Source: Gemmatimonadales bacterium (GTDB taxonomy: Bacteria; Gemmatimonadota; Gemmatimonadetes; Palauibacterales; Palauibacteraceae). From it: 45,417 nucleotides of DNA. Below the pieces are notes generated by a model, which made no database searches, was not told the origin of the DNA, and was given only the letters and a program-made list of their open reading frames with translations. A program made the position numbers and the translations under genes. Each line of letters begins with the position of its first letter. The first letter of the stretch is position 1. The stretch lies in assembly GCA_030636765.1 (NCBI GenBank), contig DAOVWI010000002.1, positions 1-45,417 on the forward strand. Direction: 5' to 3'. Shown piece after piece: positions 17,022 to 24,883 of this stretch.

Positions 17022-17594
17022 CTACGGTCCGATCTTGGCCGTCATGAGGTAGTCGTTGTCCGCCCCGCCTGCGTGACAGCCGATGCACATCTCGACGCGG
17101 CCCTGCGCCATTCCGTCCATGTCTACGCTGCCATCGGGCATGTACTTCGCCCACCACCAATCGCCGGCCTCAGGGTTGTAACCCTCGACCTTGTACATGA
17201 CGGTGGTGGCCCCCAGCATTCCGTCGGGCATGAAGTTGTCCTTCACGACGACCGACCCGACGGGCATCTCGCCCGCGAGGTCGCTGATAGCCTGGAGGGC
17301 GGGCGCGTTCACGTAGGTCGTGAGAAGCGCTCCATGCGGCTCCGAGCCCTCGTACTTCTCGCCCTTCCCAGGCCAGAGCTCCCAGCTGTCCCGGAAGCCG
17401 GTCGCCTCCAGGAAGGCCCAGACCGCTTCCGCGGTGGCTTCGGGCATTTCTTGGCCCACAATCTCTTCGACGACAGCCTCTTCGACGACAGCCTCTTCGA
17501 CAACGGCTTCTTCGCCGTCGTCCGGTTGTGCGCATCCGGCCGCCAGCACCAGACCCGCGATGAGAAGACCGCTTCTAGTTGCTCCGGGACTCAT
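17022..17594 (-). CDS. cytochrome P460-family haem protein, probable lipoprotein
   Basis: C-terminal CIGCH (CxxCH). The blocks HGALLTTYVN, MPVGSVVVKDNF and GDWWWAKYMPDG are typical of the P460 / cytochrome c-prime-beta family. I start it at the ATG at 17594, which is preceded by GGAGG (MSPGATRSGLLIAGLVLAAGC, lipobox-like). Confidence 0.75.
   Translation of the reverse strand: MSPGATRSGLLIAGLVLAAGCAQPDDGEEAVVEEAVVEEAVVEEIVGQEMPEATAEAVWAFLEATGFRDSWELWPGKGEKYEGSEPHGALLTTYVNAPALQAISDLAGEMPVGSVVVKDNFMPDGMLGATTVMYKVEGYNPEAGDWWWAKYMPDGSVDMDGMAQGRVEMCIGCHAGGADNDYLMTAKIGP
17463..17507. repeat. in-frame 15-bp tandem repeat (3 copies) inside the P460 gene
   Basis: CTCTTCGACGACAGC occurs at 17463-17477 and 17478-17492, with a diverged third copy CTCTTCGACAACGGC at 17493-17507. 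Together they encode EEAVV-EEAVV-EEAVV in the acidic linker after the lipobox. Confidence 0.9.
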
Positions 17595-17753
17595 GGCACC
17601 TCCTCGTGGTTGGCTCAGCCCAACAAAAAGGTGTCGGGCACGTGGCCCCGAGTCAACAAGAAGAAGGGTCACCGATTGACAGGGCCCGATCGTGATACCG
17701 TAACTTGAGGGTCAACCGAGGATTCGACGGACAAGGATACGACAAGAGGAACG

Positions 17754-19073
17754 GTGCAGAGAACGAAACCAACCGCCGCCGCGCGGGACAGGCGCGCGCC
17801 CCCGGCGACACGGACCGACGTGTGGCGCCGCTACGGGGAATACCTGGCGATGCCTCCGGAGATCGTGGTCGAGTGGCAGGATCGAGAGAGCGACGCGCGC
17901 GGCTGGCTTGTGATCAACAGCCTCCGTGGCGGGGCCGCCGGCGGCGGAACTCGGATGCGAACGGGCCTCGATCGCGAGGAGGTGATGTATCTCGCCAAGA
18001 TCATGGAGCTGAAGTTCGCGTTCTCGGGGCCCCCTATGGGCGGCGCCAAGTCCGGGATCGCTTTCGATCCGACCGATTCACGAAAGGCGGATGTCCTGGG
18101 CCGCTGGTTCAAGGCCATCAACCCCTATCTGCGCAGCGTGTATGGCACGGCCGGAGACCTCAACGTGGACGAGAGCCGGGAGGTGCTGCCGATCTGCCGC
18201 CGGCTGGGCCTGGCCCACCCGCAGGAGGGCGCTCTGCGTGGGCACCTCTCGCTGGAGGGCTCGGCGCTGGAGCGACGGCTGGAGGCGATGACCGCGGGGT
18301 TGGAGCAGACGGTCGGAGATCCGTTCGCTTCCCGCGTCTGGAACGCGTCCGTCTCCGATCTGGTGACGGGCTACGGGGTTGCTGCAGCGGCACGCCGCCT
18401 TCTCGGCCTCCAGGGCCGCACGCTCGATGGGGCTCGTGTGCTCGTGGAAGGATTCGGCTGCGTCGGAGGCGGAGCGGCGCTTTATCTCACCCGGTGGGGC
18501 GCCCGGATCGTCGGGATCATCGATGTGGAGAGCGGTCTGGTCGCGTCCGATGGCCTGGGCGAAGCCGAGGTGGAGGATCTCCTCGGGCGCCGAAGGGGCA
18601 ATCGACTTCCGCTCGCGGACCCGGAAAGCGGGCAGGACGCGCGGAGGGAGTTTCGCCGGGTGGCGGCAGATGTGTTCGTGAGCGCCGCGGCCTCGGGCAC
18701 CTTGACGGCGAAGGCGCTCGAAGCGATGGAGCTGCAGGGCGTTCAGACGATCGTGTGCGGTTCCAACCACCCGTTCGCGTCGCTCTCACCTTCCGACACG
18801 GCTCTTCAACGCGATGCGGACACCCGGTTTGCCGTCGTCGCGGACTTCATCGCCAACCTCGGGGCCGCCTATGCGTTCGGGTTTCAGATGCAGCGGAGCG
18901 AGCCAGCGCCGTACCCGGAGTTCTTCCAGGCGGTCGGGCGCACGGTAGAGGATGCCGTCGAGGAGGCGGTGGTGCGAGCCGGCTCAGCGGACCGGGGGCT
19001 GCTGGCCGCCGCGCTCGACCTCGGGCTGGAGCGCATTGGGCACGGCGGGCTCCTCGGCAAGAAACCGGGATGA
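17754..19073 (+). CDS. Glu/Leu/Phe/Val dehydrogenase-family amino acid dehydrogenase
   Basis: Contains GGTRMR, the catalytic-lysine block PPMGGAKSGIAFDP and the NAD fold VLVEGFGCVGGGAALYL. The GTG start at 17754 is preceded by AAGAGGA. Confidence 0.85.
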   Translation: MQRTKPTAAARDRRAPPATRTDVWRRYGEYLAMPPEIVVEWQDRESDARGWLVINSLRGGAAGGGTRMRTGLDREEVMYLAKIMELKFAFSGPPMGGAKSGIAFDPTDSRKADVLGRWFKAINPYLRSVYGTAGDLNVDESREVLPICRRLGLAHPQEGALRGHLSLEGSALERRLEAMTAGLEQTVGDPFASRVWNASVSDLVTGYGVAAAARRLLGLQGRTLDGARVLVEGFGCVGGGAALYLTRWGARIVGIIDVESGLVASDGLGEAEVEDLLGRRRGNRLPLADPESGQDARREFRRVAADVFVSAAASGTLTAKALEAMELQGVQTIVCGSNHPFASLSPSDTALQRDADTRFAVVADFIANLGAAYAFGFQMQRSEPAPYPEFFQAVGRTVEDAVEEAVVRAGSADRGLLAAALDLGLERIGHGGLLGKKPG

Positions 19074-19152
19074 TCGATAGGATGTTCAGCTTGTGTAACG
19101 GCCACCTGTCACGCGTGGCCGCTCGCCGTTCACGCCGCTGAGGGGAAGCACC

Positions 19153-20196
19153 ATGCCACTTGCCGATATCGACCGAGTCGTCAGGGAACGCTACACGGAG
19201 GGCGCGCGCGAGCCGGCTGCCGAGCTCTGCTGTCCGGTGGAGTACGATCCGAAGCATCTATGCGCGATCCCGACGGAGGTGCTCGAGCGGGATTACGGGT
19301 GCGGCGACCCGAGTCGCTACGTCTACCCGGGGGAGACGGTCCTGGATCTGGGCTGCGGATCCGGCAAGATCTGCTTTATCGCCTCGCAGGTCGTGGGGCC
19401 GGTGGGCAGGGTCATCGGCATCGACATGACGTCCGAGATGATCGAGGTGGCGAGGCGGAACGCATCCATTGTGGCCGAAGAGATCGGCTATGGGAACGTG
19501 GAGTTCCTCCGCGGACGCATCCAGGATCTGGCCCTCGGTCTCGAGTCTCTCGATGTGGTCGTCTCCAACTGCGTCTTGAACCTCGTGCCCGCCGCGGACA
19601 GACCCCTGCTCTTCGCGGAGATTCACCGTGTGCTCCGGCCAGGAGGCCGAGCCGTCATCTCCGACATCGTCAGCGACGAGCCCGTTCCTCAACACCTTCA
19701 GGAGGATGCCGAGCTCTGGTCGGGCTGCATCTCGGGGGCGTTCACCGAAGAGGCTTTCCTGGCCGCCTTCGACGAGGCGGGCTTCTACGGGATGCGGATC
19801 CGCGAGCGGCAGCGCGACCCGTGGCGAAGCATCGAGGGAATCGAGTTCCGGTCCACCACCGTGGAAGCGTTCAAGGGGAAGGAGGGTCCCTGCTTGGAGC
19901 GGTTGCAGACGGTCGTCTACAAAGGGCCGTTCCGGGAAATCCTGGACGACGACGGCCACCGAATCGAGCGCGGAAGGCGGTACGCGGTATGCGACAAGAC
20001 GTTCCGCCTGCTGGGCCGTGAGCCGTACGCGGGGCACTTCGAACTGATCGAGCCCCGCGAGGAGGTGCCGCTCGAGGACGCGTCACCGTTCGACTGCAGC
20101 CGCGATACGATCCGTCACCCGCGGGAGACCAAGGGAGAGGACTACCGCCTGACGACCGGCGGCCCGTCCTGCTGTGAACCGGGGAGCTGCGGCTAG
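19153..20196 (+). CDS. arsM: arsenite S-adenosylmethionine methyltransferase-like class I methyltransferase
   Basis: Has the N-terminal Cys pair (ELCCPVEYD), the SAM motif VLDLGCGSGKICF, the conserved GCISGA cysteine, the VYKGPF...DDDGH...AVCDKT C-terminal domain and a Cys-rich tail (CCEPGSCG). Confidence 0.7.
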   Translation: MPLADIDRVVRERYTEGAREPAAELCCPVEYDPKHLCAIPTEVLERDYGCGDPSRYVYPGETVLDLGCGSGKICFIASQVVGPVGRVIGIDMTSEMIEVARRNASIVAEEIGYGNVEFLRGRIQDLALGLESLDVVVSNCVLNLVPAADRPLLFAEIHRVLRPGGRAVISDIVSDEPVPQHLQEDAELWSGCISGAFTEEAFLAAFDEAGFYGMRIRERQRDPWRSIEGIEFRSTTVEAFKGKEGPCLERLQTVVYKGPFREILDDDGHRIERGRRYAVCDKTFRLLGREPYAGHFELIEPREEVPLEDASPFDCSRDTIRHPRETKGEDYRLTTGGPSCCEPGSCG

Positions 20197-20210
20197 CCCG
20201 GGAGCTGCTG

Positions 20211-20945
20211 GTGGCCGCGAAGCCGACGTCCGGGGCGCTCGACCCGAGCGGCATCCCGCCCGAGGAGCGGCTGATCGTGGCGCTCGATGTGCCCACCGCC
20301 GCCGAGGCCCGCGAGCTGGTGGGGGAGCTCGGCGACGCGTGCCGCTTCTATAAGATCGGCCTCGAGCTGTTGATGACCGGCGAGTACTTCGATCTTCTCG
20401 AGTGGTTGATTGGGCGGGGAAAGAAGGTGTTCGCGGATCTCAAGCTGTTCGACGTGCCGAACACCGTCGAGGCGGCCGTACGACGGCTGGCCGGCCGTGG
20501 GATAACGTTCGTCACGGTGCACGGCAACGATACGATGCTCGAGGCCGCCTGCCGGGCCAGGGAAGACCTGAAGATCCTGGCGGTCACGGCGCTCACGAGC
20601 CTGGATCGCGGCGACCTGGAGGATCTCGGCTTTCACACCGACGTTTCCAGCCTCGTGCTTTCGCGCGCGCGCAGGGCCCTGGCGATCGGCTGCGACGGCG
20701 TCATTTCGTCGGGGCACGAGGCGCGCGCCCTCCGATCCGAGCTCGGAGACCGGATCCTGATCGTGGTTCCGGGGATCCGCCCCGTGGCCAACGTGGATGA
20801 CCAGAAGCGCACCGTCGATGTGGAGGACGCCTTTCGGCTCGGTGCGGACTATATCGTCGTGGGAAGGCCGATTCGCTCGCACCCGGATCCGAAGGCGGAG
20901 GCCGGGCGGGTGCAGCAGATCATCCGATCCGTCTTCGGTAATTGA
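20211..20945 (+). CDS. pyrF: orotidine 5'-phosphate decarboxylase
   Basis: Contains LIVALDVP, FYKIGLEL, FADLKLFDVPNTV (the DxKxxD motif) and VTVHG. The GTG start is preceded by GGGAG. Confidence 0.9.
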   Translation: MAAKPTSGALDPSGIPPEERLIVALDVPTAAEARELVGELGDACRFYKIGLELLMTGEYFDLLEWLIGRGKKVFADLKLFDVPNTVEAAVRRLAGRGITFVTVHGNDTMLEAACRAREDLKILAVTALTSLDRGDLEDLGFHTDVSSLVLSRARRALAIGCDGVISSGHEARALRSELGDRILIVVPGIRPVANVDDQKRTVDVEDAFRLGADYIVVGRPIRSHPDPKAEAGRVQQIIRSVFGN

Positions 20946-22195
20946 AGCGTTCCTCCGCCGGGCTGGTGTCGCGCGTTGTGGACCGGGCTACCCAGCCGCC
21001 GGTGCTGACGCTGTTCGCCGTATTGAACCTGGTTGTTAGCCTGACGATTGCGGTCAACCACCTGCGCTCCGTGCAGGGGGTGTTGGGCGAGGACGGCAGC
21101 ATCGTCACCGGCGACTTCATGGCCTTCTACACCGGCGCCACGTTCGTGCGAGAGGGCGACGGTCGCAAGCTGTACGACCTCACCTCTCAATACCGCTTTC
21201 AGATGGAGCTCGCCGGGCCACCTAACACCAAGTGGCAACCGTACGTGAACCCGCCGCTCCTGGCGGTAGCGCTGGCTCCCCTTTCCGCGCTTCCGTATCG
21301 CTACGCCTACATGGGCTTCGCCGGCCTGACGCTCCTGGCCTTTGTCGGCGCGATCCTCCTTCTCAAGCCCGAGCTGCCGGCACTGACTCGCGATCGACTG
21401 ACCTGGCTCACGGCCTTGCTGCTCACGGCCTCGTGGCTACCCCTCTTCCGGGTGATGGTCGGCGGACAGAACACGATGCTGACGCTCCTCCTCCTCACAG
21501 GGATCTACGTGGCATGGCGCGGAAGCCGTCCGGTACTGGCCGGCGTGTTTCTCGGCCTCCTCACCTACAAGCCCCAGTTCGCGCTCCTCATAGGCCTTGT
21601 TTTCATCGCGAGGGGCATGAAGGTGGCGCTGGCGGCGGCGGGGGTCACGGCCGGTGCCCATTACTTTCTCGGGGCCGTGTTCGCGGGTCCCGACTGGCCG
21701 CTGACGATGCTCCGAAGCCTGCGAGGATACAGATTGATCGAGGAGGAGAACCTCTCGGCTCACTTCTCCCTGCTTCCGACGCTCAGCCATTCGTTGCCCG
21801 AGCCCGCGGCATGGCTGCTCGCCGGGGTCGCGATCACGGTGGTGATCGTCGTCGTCGTCCGCTTCGCGCGGCAGATCGAGCCAGGCGACGCGAGCTTTCC
21901 CCTCCTGTATGGTCTGGTGGTCACCGGGGGGATGCTCGTCAGCCCCCACCTCCAGCACTACGAAGTGGCGATCCTCGTGCTGCCCGTCCTGCTGTGCCTG
22001 GACACGTTGCTGGAGGAAGGCAGAGTGCCGGGCGTCCCGGCGAGGCTGCTGCTCGCTGCCGGCTTCCTCCTGTACCCGGCCTACCGGCTCGGCGACACCA
22101 TCGGCTTCCAACCCCTCTTTCTGTGGCTGATGGCCGTATTCCTGTGGGATTGGGCGCTACTTCGGCGCGCCGGACCGGTCAGAGTACGAGCTTGA
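20942..22195 (+). CDS. polytopic membrane glycosyltransferase, GT87/DUF2029-like
   Basis: About 10 hydrophobic helices. The N-terminal loop GDFMAFYTGATFVREGDGRKLYD is typical of the DUF2029 mannosyltransferase-like family. The TTG start overlaps the pyrF stop, so the start is uncertain. Confidence 0.65.
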   Translation: MKRSSAGLVSRVVDRATQPPVLTLFAVLNLVVSLTIAVNHLRSVQGVLGEDGSIVTGDFMAFYTGATFVREGDGRKLYDLTSQYRFQMELAGPPNTKWQPYVNPPLLAVALAPLSALPYRYAYMGFAGLTLLAFVGAILLLKPELPALTRDRLTWLTALLLTASWLPLFRVMVGGQNTMLTLLLLTGIYVAWRGSRPVLAGVFLGLLTYKPQFALLIGLVFIARGMKVALAAAGVTAGAHYFLGAVFAGPDWPLTMLRSLRGYRLIEEENLSAHFSLLPTLSHSLPEPAAWLLAGVAITVVIVVVVRFARQIEPGDASFPLLYGLVVTGGMLVSPHLQHYEVAILVLPVLLCLDTLLEEGRVPGVPARLLLAAGFLLYPAYRLGDTIGFQPLFLWLMAVFLWDWALLRRAGPVRVRA

Positions 22196-22532
22196 GCACC
22201 ACCGAGGTTTTCGGTCCGGAGGAGCCGAACTCCTGCTCGATCCTGACGTCCAGGTCTTTGGCGATGCGGAGTCGAGCGCTCACCTCGCCCGAGAACTCGC
22301 GATTGATGAGGTCTCGCTTCAGGCCTCCGCTGAGCGTGAGCGTGTCGTCGCCGCTCAGCTTGAAGCCCACCGTGGACTCGATCCGCACGGTCATGTCATC
22401 CGGGCTCCGGTAGTCCAGCACGATCTTGGCCCGCGCGGCGTCGCTGATGTCGAATCGCAGCTGGCCGCGTCCCGTGAAGTCGCCCGCGAAGTTCGTCGAA
22501 CCCCTGATCTCGAGTCTGACGTGGCTGGACAT
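22179..22532 (-). CDS. hypothetical 117-aa protein, predicted all-beta, no signal peptide
   Basis: The ATG lies 2 nt after the S9 peptidase stop, with GAGGT 9 nt upstream. Third codon positions are G/C-rich throughout. Residues alternate polar and hydrophobic in strand-like segments. I recognise no family. Confidence 0.6.
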   Translation of the reverse strand: MSSHVRLEIRGSTNFAGDFTGRGQLRFDISDAARAKIVLDYRSPDDMTVRIESTVGFKLSGDDTLTLSGGLKRDLINREFSGEVSARLRIAKDLDVRIEQEFGSSGPKTSVVLKLVL

Positions 22533-22534
22533 GG

Positions 22535-24670
22535 TCAGTTGACCTCGGCCACGTTCTCCGGCTCCCCATCATCGAAGGTTCCCCACCTCTCGAACCAGCT
22601 CATCAGATAGAGCTGCGTCCGCATGAAGTTCGCGGGCTTGGAGCTCGTTCCATGGTACTCCTTGTCGAAGCGGAGGAGGACCGCCGGCACACCCTCCGCC
22701 CTGAGCGCCTGATAGTACTCCTCCGACTGCGACATCGGCGTTCGGAGATCCAGCTCGCCCGTCATGATCACGGTTGGGGTGGTGACGTTCCCGACGTACA
22801 TGAGCGGGGAGTGCTCCAGGTACTTCTCGGGGTTCGTCCATGGGTACCCCTCGTACCGCTCGTATCCCCAACGAACGATGTCGGCCGTTCCGGCGAAGCT
22901 CATCCAGTTCACCACCGGACACCGAACGCCTGCGGCGGCGAACCGGTCGGTGTGGCCAATGACCCAGCTGGAGAGAACGCCCCCGCCGCTGCACCCCGTC
23001 ACGAACATGTTGTCGGCGTCGACGTACCCGCGCTCGATGACGGCGTCCACGCCCGCCATCAGGTCGTCGTAGTCAACGCTCGGGTACCCGTTGTCGATCG
23101 CGTTCCCGAACGCGGTGCCGTAGCCCGTGCTACCGCGCGGGTTCGTGTACAGAACCACGTAGTCCCTCGCCGCGAACGTCTGGAAGGCCAGGCTGAACCC
23201 GACGTTGTACATGGCGTGGGGTCCGCCGTGGATGTTCAGGATCAGCGGATACCGGCGGTCTGGGTCGAAGTCCGGCGGCTTGACGATCCACCCCTGGCCA
23301 TGGGCATCGCCGCTGGAGGTGTACCAGATCTCCTCGACCTCGCCGAGGCGGATGCCATCCAGCACGTCGTCGTTGACAGCCGTCAGCCGCGTGAAGCCAT
23401 CGAAGCCGGGCAGCCGGAACGCCACCACGTCGCCCGGCTCCCGCGGGGACCGGAGGACGCCGGCCGATAAGCCGTTGCGGGCCACCGAGTTGATGGAAAG
23501 CATCTGGGTTCCGCTCGTCACCTGCCGAACGGCGCCATCGGTCGATGCGAAGTGGACATTGCTCGTTCCCCGATCCGGGGCGATGAAGAAGACGCCGCTC
23601 CCATCGGGCGCCCAGTGTACGTTCTGCGGGCCGCGGTCCAGCTCGCCCGAGATCTTCCGCATGCCCGCGCCGTCGAAGCCGATCAGGTACAGCTCCCCCG
23701 CGCGATACGTCTGCCCCGTCCAGGGGAAGCCGGTGAACGCTATCGTCCGGCCGTCCGGGGAGAGTCTGGGGCCGGCCCACGGCCCTTTCTCCTGCGTGAT
23801 CTGCCGGACGTCACCGCTCGCGACGTCGACCGCGTAGAGGTGGGATTCTCGGTAGCGCTCCTCCCAGTCGTCCTCCAGGAGACCTTCGAGCACGATGTGC
23901 CGGCCATCGGGAGTCCACTGGAGGTTGGCGCCGGACGTAACTCCGCCGAAGAGCTGCCCGACCGTGCCCTTGCCGTCGGTAAGCTGCCGGGGAGTGCCTC
24001 CCGTGGCGGGGACGACGAAGACGTGGGTCGAGCCCGTCTCCAGAAAGCCTCGGCGGTCCCTGCGGAAGTGCACTCGCTTGACCTCCCGTGGGGGCGAGGT
24101 CCACGTCGCGCCCTCCGGCGGGGCCGGCATGTCGATCTTCCAGGTGCTCTTGTCGGGCACAAACATCGTGAACGCGATCCGCGAGCCGTCGGGCGACCAG
24201 CGGATGCCGGCCGGCGACTTCAGGGTCCGCGTCACCTGGGACATGGCAGCCTCGCCGTCCATCCACCGGACAAAGATCTGCGTCTTCTTGTCCTCGTCCG
24301 GGGCGAGATACGCCACGCGCGTCCCATCCGGTGACCATCGTGCGCTCGACCCCTTCGCCAGGAAGCGCTGCCGGGAGCCATCGGCGCGCATGATCCACAG
24401 GGCCGATTCCCAGTCGTCCTCCATCTGGTTTACCCAGCGTCGAGTGAAGACGATCTGCGAGCCGTCGGGCGAGATCCGAGGGTCGCTGACGGTTTCCCAA
24501 TCCAGGATCTTCTCGACCGTGAGCCGGTCGCTCCGGCCCTCCGGCTCCTCGGAACCGCTCGCCTGCGCGAGCAGCGGACCCGCGATCGTAGAACAGAGGA
24601 AGAATCCGGTCACGGCCGCCCAGCTCGTGGAGCGCCGGTCTCCGGGTCCTCGCAATAGCTCCTGCGACAT
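22535..24670 (-). CDS. S9 family serine peptidase (acylaminoacyl / prolyl oligopeptidase type) with a TolB-like beta-propeller
   Basis: Propeller repeats (SPDGSQIVFTR, WSPDGTRVAY, WSPDGSRIAF, WTPDGRHIV, LSPDGRTIAF) and the nucleophile motif GCSGGGVLSS. I start it at the ATG at 24670, preceded by AGGAGG. The track start at 24676 is a GTG inside that SD spacing. Confidence 0.9.
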   Translation of the reverse strand: MSQELLRGPGDRRSTSWAAVTGFFLCSTIAGPLLAQASGSEEPEGRSDRLTVEKILDWETVSDPRISPDGSQIVFTRRWVNQMEDDWESALWIMRADGSRQRFLAKGSSARWSPDGTRVAYLAPDEDKKTQIFVRWMDGEAAMSQVTRTLKSPAGIRWSPDGSRIAFTMFVPDKSTWKIDMPAPPEGATWTSPPREVKRVHFRRDRRGFLETGSTHVFVVPATGGTPRQLTDGKGTVGQLFGGVTSGANLQWTPDGRHIVLEGLLEDDWEERYRESHLYAVDVASGDVRQITQEKGPWAGPRLSPDGRTIAFTGFPWTGQTYRAGELYLIGFDGAGMRKISGELDRGPQNVHWAPDGSGVFFIAPDRGTSNVHFASTDGAVRQVTSGTQMLSINSVARNGLSAGVLRSPREPGDVVAFRLPGFDGFTRLTAVNDDVLDGIRLGEVEEIWYTSSGDAHGQGWIVKPPDFDPDRRYPLILNIHGGPHAMYNVGFSLAFQTFAARDYVVLYTNPRGSTGYGTAFGNAIDNGYPSVDYDDLMAGVDAVIERGYVDADNMFVTGCSGGGVLSSWVIGHTDRFAAAGVRCPVVNWMSFAGTADIVRWGYERYEGYPWTNPEKYLEHSPLMYVGNVTTPTVIMTGELDLRTPMSQSEEYYQALRAEGVPAVLLRFDKEYHGTSSKPANFMRTQLYLMSWFERWGTFDDGEPENVAEVN

Positions 24671-24883
24671 GGCCACCTCCTGATGACGGTAAGGAACGAG
24701 GGACTACATGAATGATACGCGCCGCCGACCACACCGAACATCGATCGCGCGTCGGGGAGGCGCTGAGAGGCGTCATTCCGTACACTTACGTTTGGCATGG
24801 CCGGGTAGGCTCGGCAACATGGAAGGGTCTGCAGATCGCCTCTCGCCGGCGCCTCTAGGCAGTCCCCAGTTCGGAGGTCCAGC

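Noticed and set aside
17705-19141. 478-aa plus-strand ORF overlapping the dehydrogenase gene in another frame
   Set aside because: Its extreme Arg/Gly/Pro content has no motifs. The 17754 frame carries the GGAKSG catalytic and NAD-binding blocks.
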